64,000 nt of DNA. Source: an uncultured bacterium (GTDB lineage Bacteria; Acidobacteriota; Thermoanaerobaculia; Multivoradales; JAHZIX01). The stretch covers positions 1-64,000 of the forward strand of contig CBDUPA010000024.1 in NCBI GenBank assembly GCA_965368975.1, in the 5' to 3' direction. Made by a program: the position numbers and the translations under genes. This document shows, piece by piece, positions 39,359-49,410 of this stretch (within the stretch, counting starts at the first letter, position 1; each line of letters begins with the position of its first letter). Below the pieces are notes generated by a model. That model searched no databases. It was not told where the DNA came from and saw nothing but the letters and a program-made list of their open reading frames with translations.

Positions 39359-39922
39359 ATGGCCACCTACAACACCAATCAGCTACGCAACGGCCTCAAG
39401 CTGTTGATCGACGGCGAACCGTGCAACATCGTCGACATCGATTTCGTCAAGCCGGGCAAGGGCCAGGCGTTCGCGCGTGTCAAGATTCGCAACCTGCTCA
39501 ACGGCCGTGTGCTGGAGAAGACGTTCAAGTCGAGCGAGTCGCAGGAAGGCGCCGACGTCATGGAAACCAACATGCAGTACCTGTACAACGACGGCGAGTA
39601 CTGGCACTTCATGGATCCCAACAGCTACGAGCAATACCAGGCCGACGAGACCGCCTGCGCCGACGCCAAGCAGTGGATCTTGCCTGAGGACGTGTGCACC
39701 GTCACGCTGTGGAACAGCTCGCCGATCTCCGTGGCGGCGCCCAATCACGTCGAGCTGACCATCACGCAGAGTGACCCGGGCGTCAAGGGCGATACGTCTT
39801 CGGGTGGCACCAAACCGGCGACCCTGGAGACTGGCGCGGTGGTCAAGGTGCCGCTGTTCGTGCAGGAAGGCGAGAAGATCAAGGTCGATACCCGCACTGG
39901 TGAGTACCTCTCGCGAGCCTGA
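39359..39922 (+). CDS. efp: Elongation factor P
   Basis: [44 protein letters not shown]; AGGAGG RBS. Confidence 0.97.
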   Translation: MATYNTNQLRNGLKLLIDGEPCNIVDIDFVKPGKGQAFARVKIRNLLNGRVLEKTFKSSESQEGADVMETNMQYLYNDGEYWHFMDPNSYEQYQADETACADAKQWILPEDVCTVTLWNSSPISVAAPNHVELTITQSDPGVKGDTSSGGTKPATLETGAVVKVPLFVQEGEKIKVDTRTGEYLSRA

Positions 39923-40982
39923 CGCCTCCTCGGGCGCGTGCCGCGCACCGAGGTGGCGCCCGACGGCGACGCTCGAGACGCTGCGCCAGCGTGGCGCCAT
40001 CTTGGCCGAGCTGCGAGCCTTCTTTGCCGAGCGTGGTGTGCTCGAGGTCGAGACGCCGCTGCTCGGCCGCGCCAGCGTGACGGCCGTGCACTTGCACAGC
40101 TTTTCCTGCACCTATCAGCCGCCCTTCGGCCAGGATCTCCCGGGCGAGCGGCTCCCTCCTGACGAGTCGCGCCTCTACCTGCAGACTTCCCCCGAGTACG
40201 CGCTCAAACGCCTGCTGGCCGCCGGCGCGGGGGCCATCTACCAGCTCGGCAAGGTGTTTCGCGACGGTGAGGCCGGCAGCCGTCACAACCCCGAGTTCAC
40301 CATGTTGGAGTGGTACCGCCCGGGCTGGGACTACCACCGCTTGATGGATGAGGTCGACGAGCTGCTACAGCGTATCCTGGGCACGCGCCCGGCCGAGCGT
40401 GCCAGCTACCGCGACGTCTTCCGGCGCCATCTTGGCCTCGATCCACACCAAGCAACGGGGGCTGAGCTGCGCGCCGTGGCGGCGCGCGCCGGCCTCGACG
40501 TCGAGGCGCTAGGACTCGAGGCGGACGACCGGGACGGTTGGCTCGATGCCCTGATGAGCTTGGTCGTCGAGCCGCGCTTGGGGCTCGACGTGTCCGGGGG
40601 CAGGCAGCCTCTCCTGCTGCACGGCTACCCGGCGTCGCAGGCCGCGCTGGCGCGCCTCGGCCGCGACGAGGAGGGAACGCTGGTGGCCGAGCGCTTCGAA
40701 GCGTATGTCGACGGTGTCGAACTGGCCAACGGCTACCAGGAGTTGACCGACGCCGCTGAGCTGCGCCGCCGCTTCGAGGACGACCTCGAACAGCGACGCC
40801 TCCGGGGCCTGCCCGCGGTGCCGCTCGACGAGCGGTTGCTGGCGGCCCAGGAGGCGGGCTTTCTGGAGGTCGGTCTGTCGGCGTGTGCCGGTGTGTCGGT
40901 CGGCGTCGATCGTCTGGTGATGCTGGCTGTCGGTGCCCGTCGCATCGAGGACGTGCTCACCTTTCCGATCGACCGCGCCTAG
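39900..40982 (+). CDS. epmA: EF-P lysine aminoacylase (GenX/PoxA)
   Basis: WRPTA N-terminus, [42 protein letters not shown]. Start uncertain (GTG 39900 overlaps efp). Confidence 0.93.
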   Translation: MSTSREPDASSGACRAPRWRPTATLETLRQRGAILAELRAFFAERGVLEVETPLLGRASVTAVHLHSFSCTYQPPFGQDLPGERLPPDESRLYLQTSPEYALKRLLAAGAGAIYQLGKVFRDGEAGSRHNPEFTMLEWYRPGWDYHRLMDEVDELLQRILGTRPAERASYRDVFRRHLGLDPHQATGAELRAVAARAGLDVEALGLEADDRDGWLDALMSLVVEPRLGLDVSGGRQPLLLHGYPASQAALARLGRDEEGTLVAERFEAYVDGVELANGYQELTDAAELRRRFEDDLEQRRLRGLPAVPLDERLLAAQEAGFLEVGLSACAGVSVGVDRLVMLAVGARRIEDVLTFPIDRA

Positions 40983-40994
40983 CTGCCAATGGTT

Positions 40995-42311
40995 TCAGTT
41001 GTTGCGCTGGCGCGCCGTGTCCGAGTGCTGCGGCATGATCTTGTCCTTGCGGCTGAGGGTCGTCGCCTGCGCCGCGGCCAGTGCAGCCGGGTTCAGCATT
41101 GCCGCCTGCACGCCGGAGCCAAACTCGAACTCGCTGCCGCGCTCGGTGTCCTGCACGTGCTGGCGCCGGAAGGCCGGCGGCTCGCCATCGAGGCGGCCAG
41201 CCAGCAGCAACACGCGGGCGTTGCTGTCGTCGATGCGTCGAGCGCGGCGCAGCATCTTCTTGGCCAGTCGTTCGTCGCCTGCCTGTGCCGCCCACCAGCC
41301 GAGTGCGGCGTGGGTTTCCGCCAAGTCATCGTCCAGACGCAGCGCCTTGCGGTAGAAGTCCTCCGCCGTTTCTAGGTCGCCCATCTGCATGCTGATGTCG
41401 CCCAACTCCATGTAGGTGAAGGGGTTGCGGTTGTCACGCTGGTTGGCCAGCAAGAGGACGTCGGTGGCGATCTCCTGGCGGCCGTGCTGCTGGTAGAGCG
41501 CGGCCAGATTCTGGTACGCCGTCGACGCTGACGGGTCCACCGCCAGTGCCTGCCGGTAGGAGCGCTCGGCGCCCGCGATGTCGCCTTGACGGCGCTTGAT
41601 CACACCCAGGTTGATCCAGCCATCGACCATCTGCGGGTCCAGCTGCACCGAAATGTCGGCCAGTTCGCGGGCTCCGTCCAGATCGCCAGCGCGGAGCAGC
41701 TCTGTGCCGCGATTCGAGTAGTAAAGGGCCAGCGCGGTGATGTCGTCGAGGCGCTGCATGTAGCGATAGTCGATGCCTTCGATCTCGGTGAACTCCAGGA
41801 TGATGCGGTTCTGCTCCGGCCCGGTGCCGGCCGTCACGTGCCCGGAGTTGATTACCAGGTCGCCTTCCTGGCGGAAGCTCTGCAGGTCGCGCACCTGCAG
41901 GAAGTAGACGTCGAGGTCCATCTCGCGCGCCAGCGCCACGAACAGCTGCGTGAAGCCCAGGCAGTTGGCCTTGCGGGTACGGAAGACTTCCTCGGCGGTA
42001 CCGGTGACGTCGTTCTGGTATTCCAGTGCCAGCCCGTCCTCGCCCAGGATCGCCTGCAACAGACCCTTGAGCTTCTTCTGCGTCATGCCCCGCTGCGGCA
42101 CGTTCTCTTCCAGCCAGGCACGCATCTCGTCGGTCACGTGCAGCGGATGAGAAACCTCTCGTGGATCGAAGCCGCGTTCGCGGATCTGCTGATCCAGTTC
42201 GCGCTCGGACACAGCGCCGACGGGCGCGGCGAGTGTCAAGCCGAGGCTGATCAGAGCCAGGGCGGTCAGGATAGTGCGGGGTGCGGCGGGGAATCGGCTG
42301 GTTCGAGTCAT
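40995..42311 (-). CDS. Exported transglutaminase-like + TPR protein
   Basis: Signal peptide; TAEEVF...ANCLG catalytic Cys, SGHV; TPRs from YYSNRG onwards. Confidence 0.8.
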   Translation of the reverse strand: MTRTSRFPAAPRTILTALALISLGLTLAAPVGAVSERELDQQIRERGFDPREVSHPLHVTDEMRAWLEENVPQRGMTQKKLKGLLQAILGEDGLALEYQNDVTGTAEEVFRTRKANCLGFTQLFVALAREMDLDVYFLQVRDLQSFRQEGDLVINSGHVTAGTGPEQNRIILEFTEIEGIDYRYMQRLDDITALALYYSNRGTELLRAGDLDGARELADISVQLDPQMVDGWINLGVIKRRQGDIAGAERSYRQALAVDPSASTAYQNLAALYQQHGRQEIATDVLLLANQRDNRNPFTYMELGDISMQMGDLETAEDFYRKALRLDDDLAETHAALGWWAAQAGDERLAKKMLRRARRIDDSNARVLLLAGRLDGEPPAFRRQHVQDTERGSEFEFGSGVQAAMLNPAALAAAQATTLSRKDKIMPQHSDTARQRNN

Positions 42312-42365
42312 AGCGGTCCTCCAGTGTGTCTCGCTATAGGTACGAACAGCGGCGCTGTCGGTTTT

Positions 42366-42403
42366 CTTCCGAGCTCACTTCCGAACTCACTTCCGAGCTC
42401 ACT
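42366..42403. repeat. 12 bp tandem repeat x3
   Basis: cttccgagctca cttccgaactca cttccgagctca. Confidence 0.85.
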
Positions 42404-42641
42404 GTCCCCGCGTCGCTTTCCACCTCGCCCGCAGCTCGGCGTGCAGCCGGCTCTGGAACTCGATGGGGATCTCGTAGACCTCGTTCTCTTTGTACAGGCG
42501 GATCGTCTTGCGGATGTTGTCCACCACCACCTGGCACGGGTTGCAGCCTTCCAAATGCGCTTCCAGGTCGTCGCAGACAGCGGGATCGATGTCGCCGTCG
42601 ACATAGTCGTTGAGCGCGCGCAGTAGGTCGTCACACTTCAT
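42399..42641 (-). CDS. zf-HC2 zinc-binding anti-sigma factor
   Basis: MKC...YVDGD...HLEGCNPC; overlaps the sigma gene end. Confidence 0.9.
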   Translation of the reverse strand: MKCDDLLRALNDYVDGDIDPAVCDDLEAHLEGCNPCQVVVDNIRKTIRLYKENEVYEIPIEFQSRLHAELRARWKATRGQ

Positions 42642-43368
42642 CGTTGTTCCCTGGATCTTGCAGGCCGGCCGATCGAGTTTGTTGATGCTCATGGCCGTCT
42701 CCGTCATGCTGATCCGACTCGTCGTGCTTATGGGGCAGGAGTCGAGTGGACGGATCGCCGAAGCGGCGGGTGAGGATCTCGCGCAGGGCCAGGCGGGCAC
42801 GCAGCAGGCGTACTTTGACGTTGCCCTCGGTGATGCCCAGGATCGATGCGGTCTCCTTGACGCTCAACTCGCGTACGTCGCGCAGCAGGAAGATGATGCG
42901 GTAAGACTCGGGCAACTCGGCGGCGGCCTGTTCGAGGAACGTGCGCACCTGGGAGCGCTGTGCCAGCTCGGACGGGTCCTGGCTCCAGTCGGCGATGTAC
43001 TCTGGGTGCGGGATGCTGCCTTCGCTGTTCGGCTCGGTGGCGGCGTCGAGAGAGACGGTGGGCAGTCCCTTGCGCTTGCGGATCACCTTCAGCGCGGTAT
43101 GGGTGGTGATACGTGTGATCCAGGTGGCAAAGGAGGCTTCTTCGCGGAAGCCGTCGAGGTGTTCCAGGGCGTTGAGCAAGGCTGTCTGGACGGCCTCCTC
43201 GGCGTCTGGTGGGTTGCGCAGCAGGGTCATCGCCAGGGCGTACAGCCTGCGCTCGTGACGCCGGACCAGGGTGTCGAAGGCCTCGAAGTCGCCGGCCTTG
43301 GCCTGCTGGACGAGGACTTCGTCGGTCACTTCTGGGGCGGAGGGTGGAGTGGGGGGCGACGTGTTCAT
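42631..43368 (-). CDS. ECF RNA polymerase sigma factor
   Basis: GDFEAFDTLV, DAEEAVQ, FATWITRI, LPESYR...LRDV..LS..E.A.ILG...NVKVRLLRAR. Confidence 0.93.
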   Translation of the reverse strand: MNTSPPTPPSAPEVTDEVLVQQAKAGDFEAFDTLVRRHERRLYALAMTLLRNPPDAEEAVQTALLNALEHLDGFREEASFATWITRITTHTALKVIRKRKGLPTVSLDAATEPNSEGSIPHPEYIADWSQDPSELAQRSQVRTFLEQAAAELPESYRIIFLLRDVRELSVKETASILGITEGNVKVRLLRARLALREILTRRFGDPSTRLLPHKHDESDQHDGDGHEHQQTRSAGLQDPGNNDEV

Positions 43369-43391
43369 GCGCCCCTGAGCCTACCGCAGCT

Positions 43392-46300
43392 TTACTCCTC
43401 ATCACCGGCCTCCTCGGGATCGGGTTCGCTCTGTATCTTGGGTGCGGGCATCTCGCGTGCCACCTCGCTCTTCTCGAGCATGGCGTAGATCAGCGGCACG
43501 ACGACCAGCGTCAAGGCGGTCGAGGCCAGGGTGCCGGTCATCAGGGAGATGGCGAGGCCCTGGAAGATGGGGTCGAAGAGGATGACGAAAGCACCCACGA
43601 CGACGGTACCGGCCGTCAGCAGGATGGGGCGCAGACGCACGGCGCCGGCTTCGAGCAGGGCGTCGTGGAGGCCGCGGCCGCGGTCGAGGGCGAGGTGGAC
43701 GAAATCGATCAGCAGCACGGAGTTGCGCACCATGATGCCGGCCAGGGCGATGAAGCCGATCATCGAGGTGGCGGTGAAGAAGGCGCCGAACAGCCAGTGT
43801 CCGGGCAGGATACCTACCAGGCTCAGGGGGATGGCGACCATCATGACGACCGGCGTGCGGAAGGAGCCGAACCAGCCGATCAGCAGCAGGTAGATGAGCA
43901 CCAGCACCGCGCCGAAGGCGGCGCCGAGGTCGCGGAAGACCTCGTAGGTGATCTGCCACTCGCCGTCCCACTTGAGGCTCGGCTGCTCCTCGGACAGTGG
44001 CTGTGCGGTGTACAGCTGCGCGACCTGCGAGCCGTCCGGTGCGTGCAGCTCTTCGACCTGCTTGGCGAGGTCGAGCATGGCGTAGACCGGGCTCTCGACC
44101 TCCACCGCGACGTCAGCGGTGACGTAGACCACCGGCTGCAGATTCTTGCGGTAGCGGCTGGGCGGTGCCGGGCTGTCGTCAACGGTGACCAGGTCGGCCA
44201 GTGGCACCAGGGCGCCGGTGCTGGGTGAGGCGATGCGCAGCTGGCGCAGTTGATCGAGACCGGCGCGCTGGGCTCGCGGCAGCTCGAGGCGTAGCGGCAC
44301 GGCGGCTGTCTCACGCGGGTCGTGCAGGCTGCCGGCGTCGAGGGCGCCGAAGGCGAGGCTCAGCATGCCGGCGATCTGCGCCGGGCTGATGCCGTGCAGC
44401 GCCGCCTTCTGACGGTCGACGCCGAAGCGCAGGCGCGGCTGCGGGTCTTCGACCATCCAGTCGACGTCGACCACGCCCGGCGTCTGCTCGAACAGCTCGC
44501 GCACCTGCTCGGCCAGCGCCAGGCGGCTGTCCATGTCGGGGCCGTAGACCTCCGCCACCAGGGTCGACAGCACCGGCGGTCCTGGCGGCACCTCGACCAC
44601 CTTGACGCGGGCGCCGTGCCGTTCGGCGATGGCTTCTAGCGGCGGCCGCAGGCGCTTGGCGATGTCGTGGCTCTGCTCGTCTCGGTGTTCCTTGTGCACC
44701 AGGTTGACCTGGATGTCGGACAGGTTGCTGCCCTGACGCAGGTCGTAGTAGCGCACCAGGCCGTTGAAGTTGATCGGTGCCGCGGTGCCGGTGTAGAGCT
44801 GCAGGTGGGTGACCTCGGGCACGGTGCGCAGGTAGTCGGCCGCCTCGCGGGTCACGCGTGCGGTGGTCTCGAGCGTTGTGCCCTCGGGCAGGTCGAAGAG
44901 GACTTGTAGCTCGCTCTTGTTGTCGAATGGCAGCATCTTGACAGTCACCAGCTGCAGCGGGAAGAGAGCCAGTGACGCCAGCAGCAGCAGCCCGACGACG
45001 CCAAGAGTGGCCCAGCGCAGCAGAGGACGCTCGAGCAGCGGACCGAGGATGCGTCGGTAGAGGCGGTAGGTGCGCGTGTTGCGGATGCCCGCGCCTTCGT
45101 CGGCCTCTCCCTGCAGATGCCCCTCCTCCTGCAGATGACCCGTCGCGCGCAGCAGGCGGTAGCCGAACCACGGTGCGGCGATCAGCGCGACGCCGAGCGA
45201 GAACAGCATGGCCAGTGAGGCGCCGATCGGCATCGGTCGCATGTACGGGCCCATCAGGCCGCGCACGAAAGCCATCGGCAGCACCGAGCCGATAACCGTC
45301 AGGGTCGCCAGAATGGTCGGGTTGCCGACCTCGTTGACCGCTTCGATGGCGGTGCGCAGGCGGCTCTTGCGGTCGCTGCCGCGCTCCTGTGCCAGGTGGC
45401 GCACGATGTTCTCGACCACGATGATCGAGTCATCGACCACGATGCCGGTGACGAAGACCAGGGCGAAGAGGGTGACACGGTTGAGCGTGTAGCCGAAGGC
45501 GTAGTAGACGAAGAGGGTGAGCGCGAAGGAGATCGGTACCGAGATCAGCACCACCAGCGCGCCGCGCCAGCCGAGGGCGAAGCCAATGACGATGGTGACC
45601 GCCAGGATGGCGAGCGTCAGGTGCATCAGCAGCTCGTCGGCCTTCTCGGTGGCCGTAGCGCCGTAGTTGCGGCTCACCGTCAGCTCGACGCCGGGCGGCA
45701 GCAGGTGCGCTTCTAGCACTTCGAGCTTGGCGTTCACCTGGTCGACCACGTGTTGCGCGTCGGCGCCCTGACGCTTGGCCAGGGCCAGGGTCACGGCCGG
45801 ATGCGGCACGGAAGCCGCGCCCTCACCCTGGACGGGCACGTGTTCGACGTAGCTAGTCGCGTCGGCCGGACCGTCGAGGATCGTGGCGATATCTTGCAGG
45901 TAGATGGGCTGGAGCCCTGAGTGGACGCCGACCACCAGCCGGCGCAGTTCGTCGGCATCGGTCAGGAAGGCACCGGTCTCGACCAGCACTTCCTGGTTGC
46001 CGGACTCGAAGCGACCGGCCGGGCCCCCCGCGTTCTGACGGCGCAGAGCGCTGGCGATCTGCAGGGGGTCGAGGCCGAAGCCCGCCAGGCGGCTGGCGTC
46101 GAGCTGCACGCGGAGGGTGCGGGTCTGGCCGCCGTGCAGGCGAATGTCGGACACGTCCGGCAGCTTGCTCAGCTCCGTCGCCAGCTCGCTGGCCAGCCGC
46201 CGCAGCTGGTAGCCGTCGTAGCTGCTACCACGATAATTGCCTCCACTGTAATCGTCGCCACTGGGGCCATCAACGTCGCTGGCCCACAGCGTCAGCGTGT

Positions 46301-46748
46301 AGACGGGGACGTCGTCGATGGTGCGGTGCTTGATCAGTGGTGGCGTGGCGCCGTCCGGCATGCGGTCGAGGCCCGAGGTGACCTTCTCGTAGACACGCAC
46401 CAGCGCGCGCTCGGGGTCGTCGCCGACGTGGAAGCGAGCGGTGACGACGGCGCCGTGCGCGCGCGCCGCCGAGTAGACGTACTCGACGCCCGGAATCTCC
46501 CACAGGCGCTTCTCGAGCGGGATGACCAGCCGGTTCTCGACCTCCTCGGGCGTTGCGCCGGGCAGGCCGAGGTAGAGGTCGACGATCGGCACCACGATCT
46601 GTGGCTCCTCTTCGCGCGGCGTCAGCTCGATGGCGGCGACGCCGAGCAGCAGCGCGGCGAGCACCAGCAGCGGTGTCAACTTGGAGTCGATGAAGAAACT
46701 GCCCAAGCGGCCCGCGGGGCCCAGGTGAGAGGTGTCAGGATGACGCAC
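43392..46748 (-). CDS. RND efflux permease subunit
   Basis: PREEEPQI, GIVVDDSIIVVENI, GIMVRNSVLLIDF, RLRPILLT; two TM bundles. Confidence 0.95.
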   Translation of the reverse strand: MRHPDTSHLGPAGRLGSFFIDSKLTPLLVLAALLLGVAAIELTPREEEPQIVVPIVDLYLGLPGATPEEVENRLVIPLEKRLWEIPGVEYVYSAARAHGAVVTARFHVGDDPERALVRVYEKVTSGLDRMPDGATPPLIKHRTIDDVPVYTLTLWASDVDGPSGDDYSGGNYRGSSYDGYQLRRLASELATELSKLPDVSDIRLHGGQTRTLRVQLDASRLAGFGLDPLQIASALRRQNAGGPAGRFESGNQEVLVETGAFLTDADELRRLVVGVHSGLQPIYLQDIATILDGPADATSYVEHVPVQGEGAASVPHPAVTLALAKRQGADAQHVVDQVNAKLEVLEAHLLPPGVELTVSRNYGATATEKADELLMHLTLAILAVTIVIGFALGWRGALVVLISVPISFALTLFVYYAFGYTLNRVTLFALVFVTGIVVDDSIIVVENIVRHLAQERGSDRKSRLRTAIEAVNEVGNPTILATLTVIGSVLPMAFVRGLMGPYMRPMPIGASLAMLFSLGVALIAAPWFGYRLLRATGHLQEEGHLQGEADEGAGIRNTRTYRLYRRILGPLLERPLLRWATLGVVGLLLLASLALFPLQLVTVKMLPFDNKSELQVLFDLPEGTTLETTARVTREAADYLRTVPEVTHLQLYTGTAAPINFNGLVRYYDLRQGSNLSDIQVNLVHKEHRDEQSHDIAKRLRPPLEAIAERHGARVKVVEVPPGPPVLSTLVAEVYGPDMDSRLALAEQVRELFEQTPGVVDVDWMVEDPQPRLRFGVDRQKAALHGISPAQIAGMLSLAFGALDAGSLHDPRETAAVPLRLELPRAQRAGLDQLRQLRIASPSTGALVPLADLVTVDDSPAPPSRYRKNLQPVVYVTADVAVEVESPVYAMLDLAKQVEELHAPDGSQVAQLYTAQPLSEEQPSLKWDGEWQITYEVFRDLGAAFGAVLVLIYLLLIGWFGSFRTPVVMMVAIPLSLVGILPGHWLFGAFFTATSMIGFIALAGIMVRNSVLLIDFVHLALDRGRGLHDALLEAGAVRLRPILLTAGTVVVGAFVILFDPIFQGLAISLMTGTLASTALTLVVVPLIYAMLEKSEVAREMPAPKIQSEPDPEEAGDEE

Positions 46749-46753
46749 GGCGC

Positions 46754-47890
46754 TCAGCTCCTTCCTACCTGTGCCGCCACCGGGAGTTCCGTGACGGGGG
46801 CGCCGTCGGTCAGCGTGGCCGGCGGTGCGACGACATAGTGCTCCCCGGCTTCGAGGCCGGACAGCACCTCGACGCTGCCGTCACGGCTGCCGCCGATGCG
46901 CACCCAGCGCAGGCGGGCGTGCCCGTCCGCGACCACGTAAAGGCCATCGAGTTGCCCGCGGCGCACCAGCGCCGAGGCCGGAACGAACAAGGCCTGCTGG
47001 TCCAGGGTGGTGGCGGCCGGCACCTCGACGCGCACGAACATGCCGGACTTCAGCCGGCCATCGGGATTGGCGACGCGCGCTTGGAGCTGGAAGGTGCGTG
47101 CCCGGCTGTCGGCGGCGGGCAGCAGGCGTTCGAGGGTGGCGTCCAGCGTCAAGCCGAGGGCGTCGACCTCGATCCGCAGCGCCGGCGTCTCGCTCTCGCG
47201 GGTCAGCGCTGCCACGTTCTGTTCCGGAATCTCGGCGACGATCTTGGCTGGATCCATGTCTTCGATCACGAACAACGGTTGACCGGGCGCCACCATGTCG
47301 CCGATCTCGACGTGCTTGGCGCTCACCCAGCCGGCGAAGGGACTGGCGACGCGGGCGTAGCTCAGCGTCACGCGCGCCGCCTCCAGGTTGGCCTCGGCCT
47401 GGGCCACGGCGGCGTCGGCGGTGCGGAAGGCTGCGGTGGCGTCTTCCAGATTCTTCGCCGTCACGGCGCCACGTTCGAGCAGCGTTTGCATGCGCTCATG
47501 CTGGGCGCGAGCATTCTCGCGCTGCGCCTCGGCCATAGTCACCGCGGCCTCGGCTTGCGCCACCGCGGCACGCAGGTCGCGATCGTCGAGCCGAACCAGC
47601 AACTGGCCGGTGGTCACACGTTCGCCCTCGCGCACGGGGACGGCGGCGGCACGGCCCAGGATCTTGGTGCCGGGCAGGGCTCGCCGTGACGGCTGCACGC
47701 TGCCGGTCGCGGTGATCGTGCTGGCGACAGCCTGCAGGCTCGCCTCCGCGGTGCGCACCGAGATCGGCTGCGCGGGTGTGCCGGCGGTCGCGGTCGGGGC
47801 TTCGCCGCCGCCACAGCCGGAGAGGCCGAGCAGCAGTACGAGTGCCCCGAGGGCGGGAAGAGTGAAGGTCTTCAGGGTTGGGCGTGTCAT
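46754..47890 (-). CDS. RND periplasmic adaptor (MFP) lipoprotein
   Basis: LSGC lipobox, VREGERV..GQLL, SPFAGWV, LKSGMF, EVLSGL. Confidence 0.92.
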   Translation of the reverse strand: MTRPTLKTFTLPALGALVLLLGLSGCGGGEAPTATAGTPAQPISVRTAEASLQAVASTITATGSVQPSRRALPGTKILGRAAAVPVREGERVTTGQLLVRLDDRDLRAAVAQAEAAVTMAEAQRENARAQHERMQTLLERGAVTAKNLEDATAAFRTADAAVAQAEANLEAARVTLSYARVASPFAGWVSAKHVEIGDMVAPGQPLFVIEDMDPAKIVAEIPEQNVAALTRESETPALRIEVDALGLTLDATLERLLPAADSRARTFQLQARVANPDGRLKSGMFVRVEVPAATTLDQQALFVPASALVRRGQLDGLYVVADGHARLRWVRIGGSRDGSVEVLSGLEAGEHYVVAPPATLTDGAPVTELPVAAQVGRS

Positions 47891-47891
47891 G

Positions 47892-49355
47892 TCATTTTCC
47901 TCGGGCCACATGGCTTCGTACCGACTCATCTCGTGCCCCAGATCCTCTAGAAAGCGTGAGGGCCGCTTCGGCCAGCTGCCAGTCGCGGGAAGCGCGCAGG
48001 TACGCAAGGCGGGCGCCGCGCAAGGTGGTCTCGCTTTGCAGCAACTCAACGATGGTGGTCAATCCTTCTTGGTAGCGATCGCGGACGATCTGCGCGTTGC
48101 GCTCGGCCAGTTGCACGGCACGCCTGGCCTGCGCGTCGCGCCGGATCGCTGCTTCCAGCAGCCGGAATGCCTGTTCGACTTCCAGGTCGACGCGCTGCTG
48201 CTGCAGGCGCAGCATCTGCTCGGCGCGGTCCACATGGGCGCGCGCCTGTCGTTGCCGCGCCGCTCGTGCGCCACCGTCGAAGGCGGTCCAGCGCAATCCG
48301 ACGGCGACGCTCCAGTTCGTGCCGGCATCGTCGAAGCTATCGCTCAGATCTCCGGCATGGCGCTCGTAGCTACCACTCCAACCCAGCTGCGGCCAATCGT
48401 CGCGCTCGGCCCGGTGCAACGCTTGGCGCGCCGCCGCCACTTGCGCCTCGGCGGCGCGCAGGTCGGGGCGCTGCTGCCTCGCCTCGTTGCGCAGGCCACT
48501 CAAGGTCGAGGAGGTGCCGATCGAGGAGGTGCCGATCGACTCCTGAGAAGCGTCCGCCGGATCCGGCAGCGGAGCCAGGGTAGGCGGTTCCGCCAACTCT
48601 AGTGGTGTGTCGAGGTCGCGACCCAACTCCAGGTTGAGTGCCGCTCGTGCCACCGCCAGATCCGCTTCCGCCGCCGCCAGCTCGGCGTCACGACGGCTCA
48701 CCTCCACCGCCGCCTGCAAGGGGTCCGACTCGACCACCAGGCCGCCGTCGAACAGCGCGCGCACCATCTCCTCGTGCCGCCGCGCCGTCTCGAGGCTCTC
48801 CTGCGCCAGTTCCAGGGCCTGCTCGGCCAGACGCAGGCCGGTGTAGCGCTCGGTGACGCGGTAGATCAAAGCATGCCGCGCCCGTTCCTGCGCCGCGGCG
48901 GCCGCGTCGTGCTGGTAGCTCGCGGCCCGAATGCCGGCCTGCAGGCGTCCACCGGTCCAGATCGGCTGGCGCACCGTCAGGCGCTGCAGGAGGTCGTCGG
49001 TGGCCGGCGGCTGGTTGAGGAAGTTCGGGTCGAAGTTGGGTTCGGCGAAGCGCTCCTGGTTGAGCAGACTGCCGAACACCTGCACCGGATTCGTCGTCCG
49101 TGCCGCACCCGCCTCCAGCTCCACCGTGGGCCACCACGCCGCCTTCGCCTCGTCCACTCCACTCCCGGCCGCCTCGACCGTCGCGGCCCCGGCGGCCAGA
49201 TGGGCGTTGTGCTCGATCGCCAGCGCAAGGGCGGCGTCGAGGGTGAGCGGGGCGGTGCCACTGGGCGTCGCAACCGGCTGCGCCGCGAGGCTTGCTGTGG
49301 TGAGCAGAACTGCCAGCAAGAGCAGCAGCAACGGCAGTTCAATGTGTCGAGTCAT
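47892..49355 (-). CDS. TolC family outer membrane protein
   Basis: Signal peptide, LTLDAAL, QPIWTGG, RPDL, RYQEGL.TIVELL. Confidence 0.9.
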   Translation of the reverse strand: MTRHIELPLLLLLLAVLLTTASLAAQPVATPSGTAPLTLDAALALAIEHNAHLAAGAATVEAAGSGVDEAKAAWWPTVELEAGAARTTNPVQVFGSLLNQERFAEPNFDPNFLNQPPATDDLLQRLTVRQPIWTGGRLQAGIRAASYQHDAAAAAQERARHALIYRVTERYTGLRLAEQALELAQESLETARRHEEMVRALFDGGLVVESDPLQAAVEVSRRDAELAAAEADLAVARAALNLELGRDLDTPLELAEPPTLAPLPDPADASQESIGTSSIGTSSTLSGLRNEARQQRPDLRAAEAQVAAARQALHRAERDDWPQLGWSGSYERHAGDLSDSFDDAGTNWSVAVGLRWTAFDGGARAARQRQARAHVDRAEQMLRLQQQRVDLEVEQAFRLLEAAIRRDAQARRAVQLAERNAQIVRDRYQEGLTTIVELLQSETTLRGARLAYLRASRDWQLAEAALTLSRGSGARDESVRSHVARGK

Positions 49356-49410
49356 TCTCGGAACCTCCATAGCGTTCTCCATGGGCATAGAGCCGCGGGG
49401 AGCTTGGAGG

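Noticed and set aside
42366-42403. Mini CRISPR array
   Set aside because: 12 bp head-to-tail units without spacers.
42308-42634. 108 aa ORF downstream of the ECF sigma
   Set aside because: Alternative frame of the zf-HC2 anti-sigma gene.
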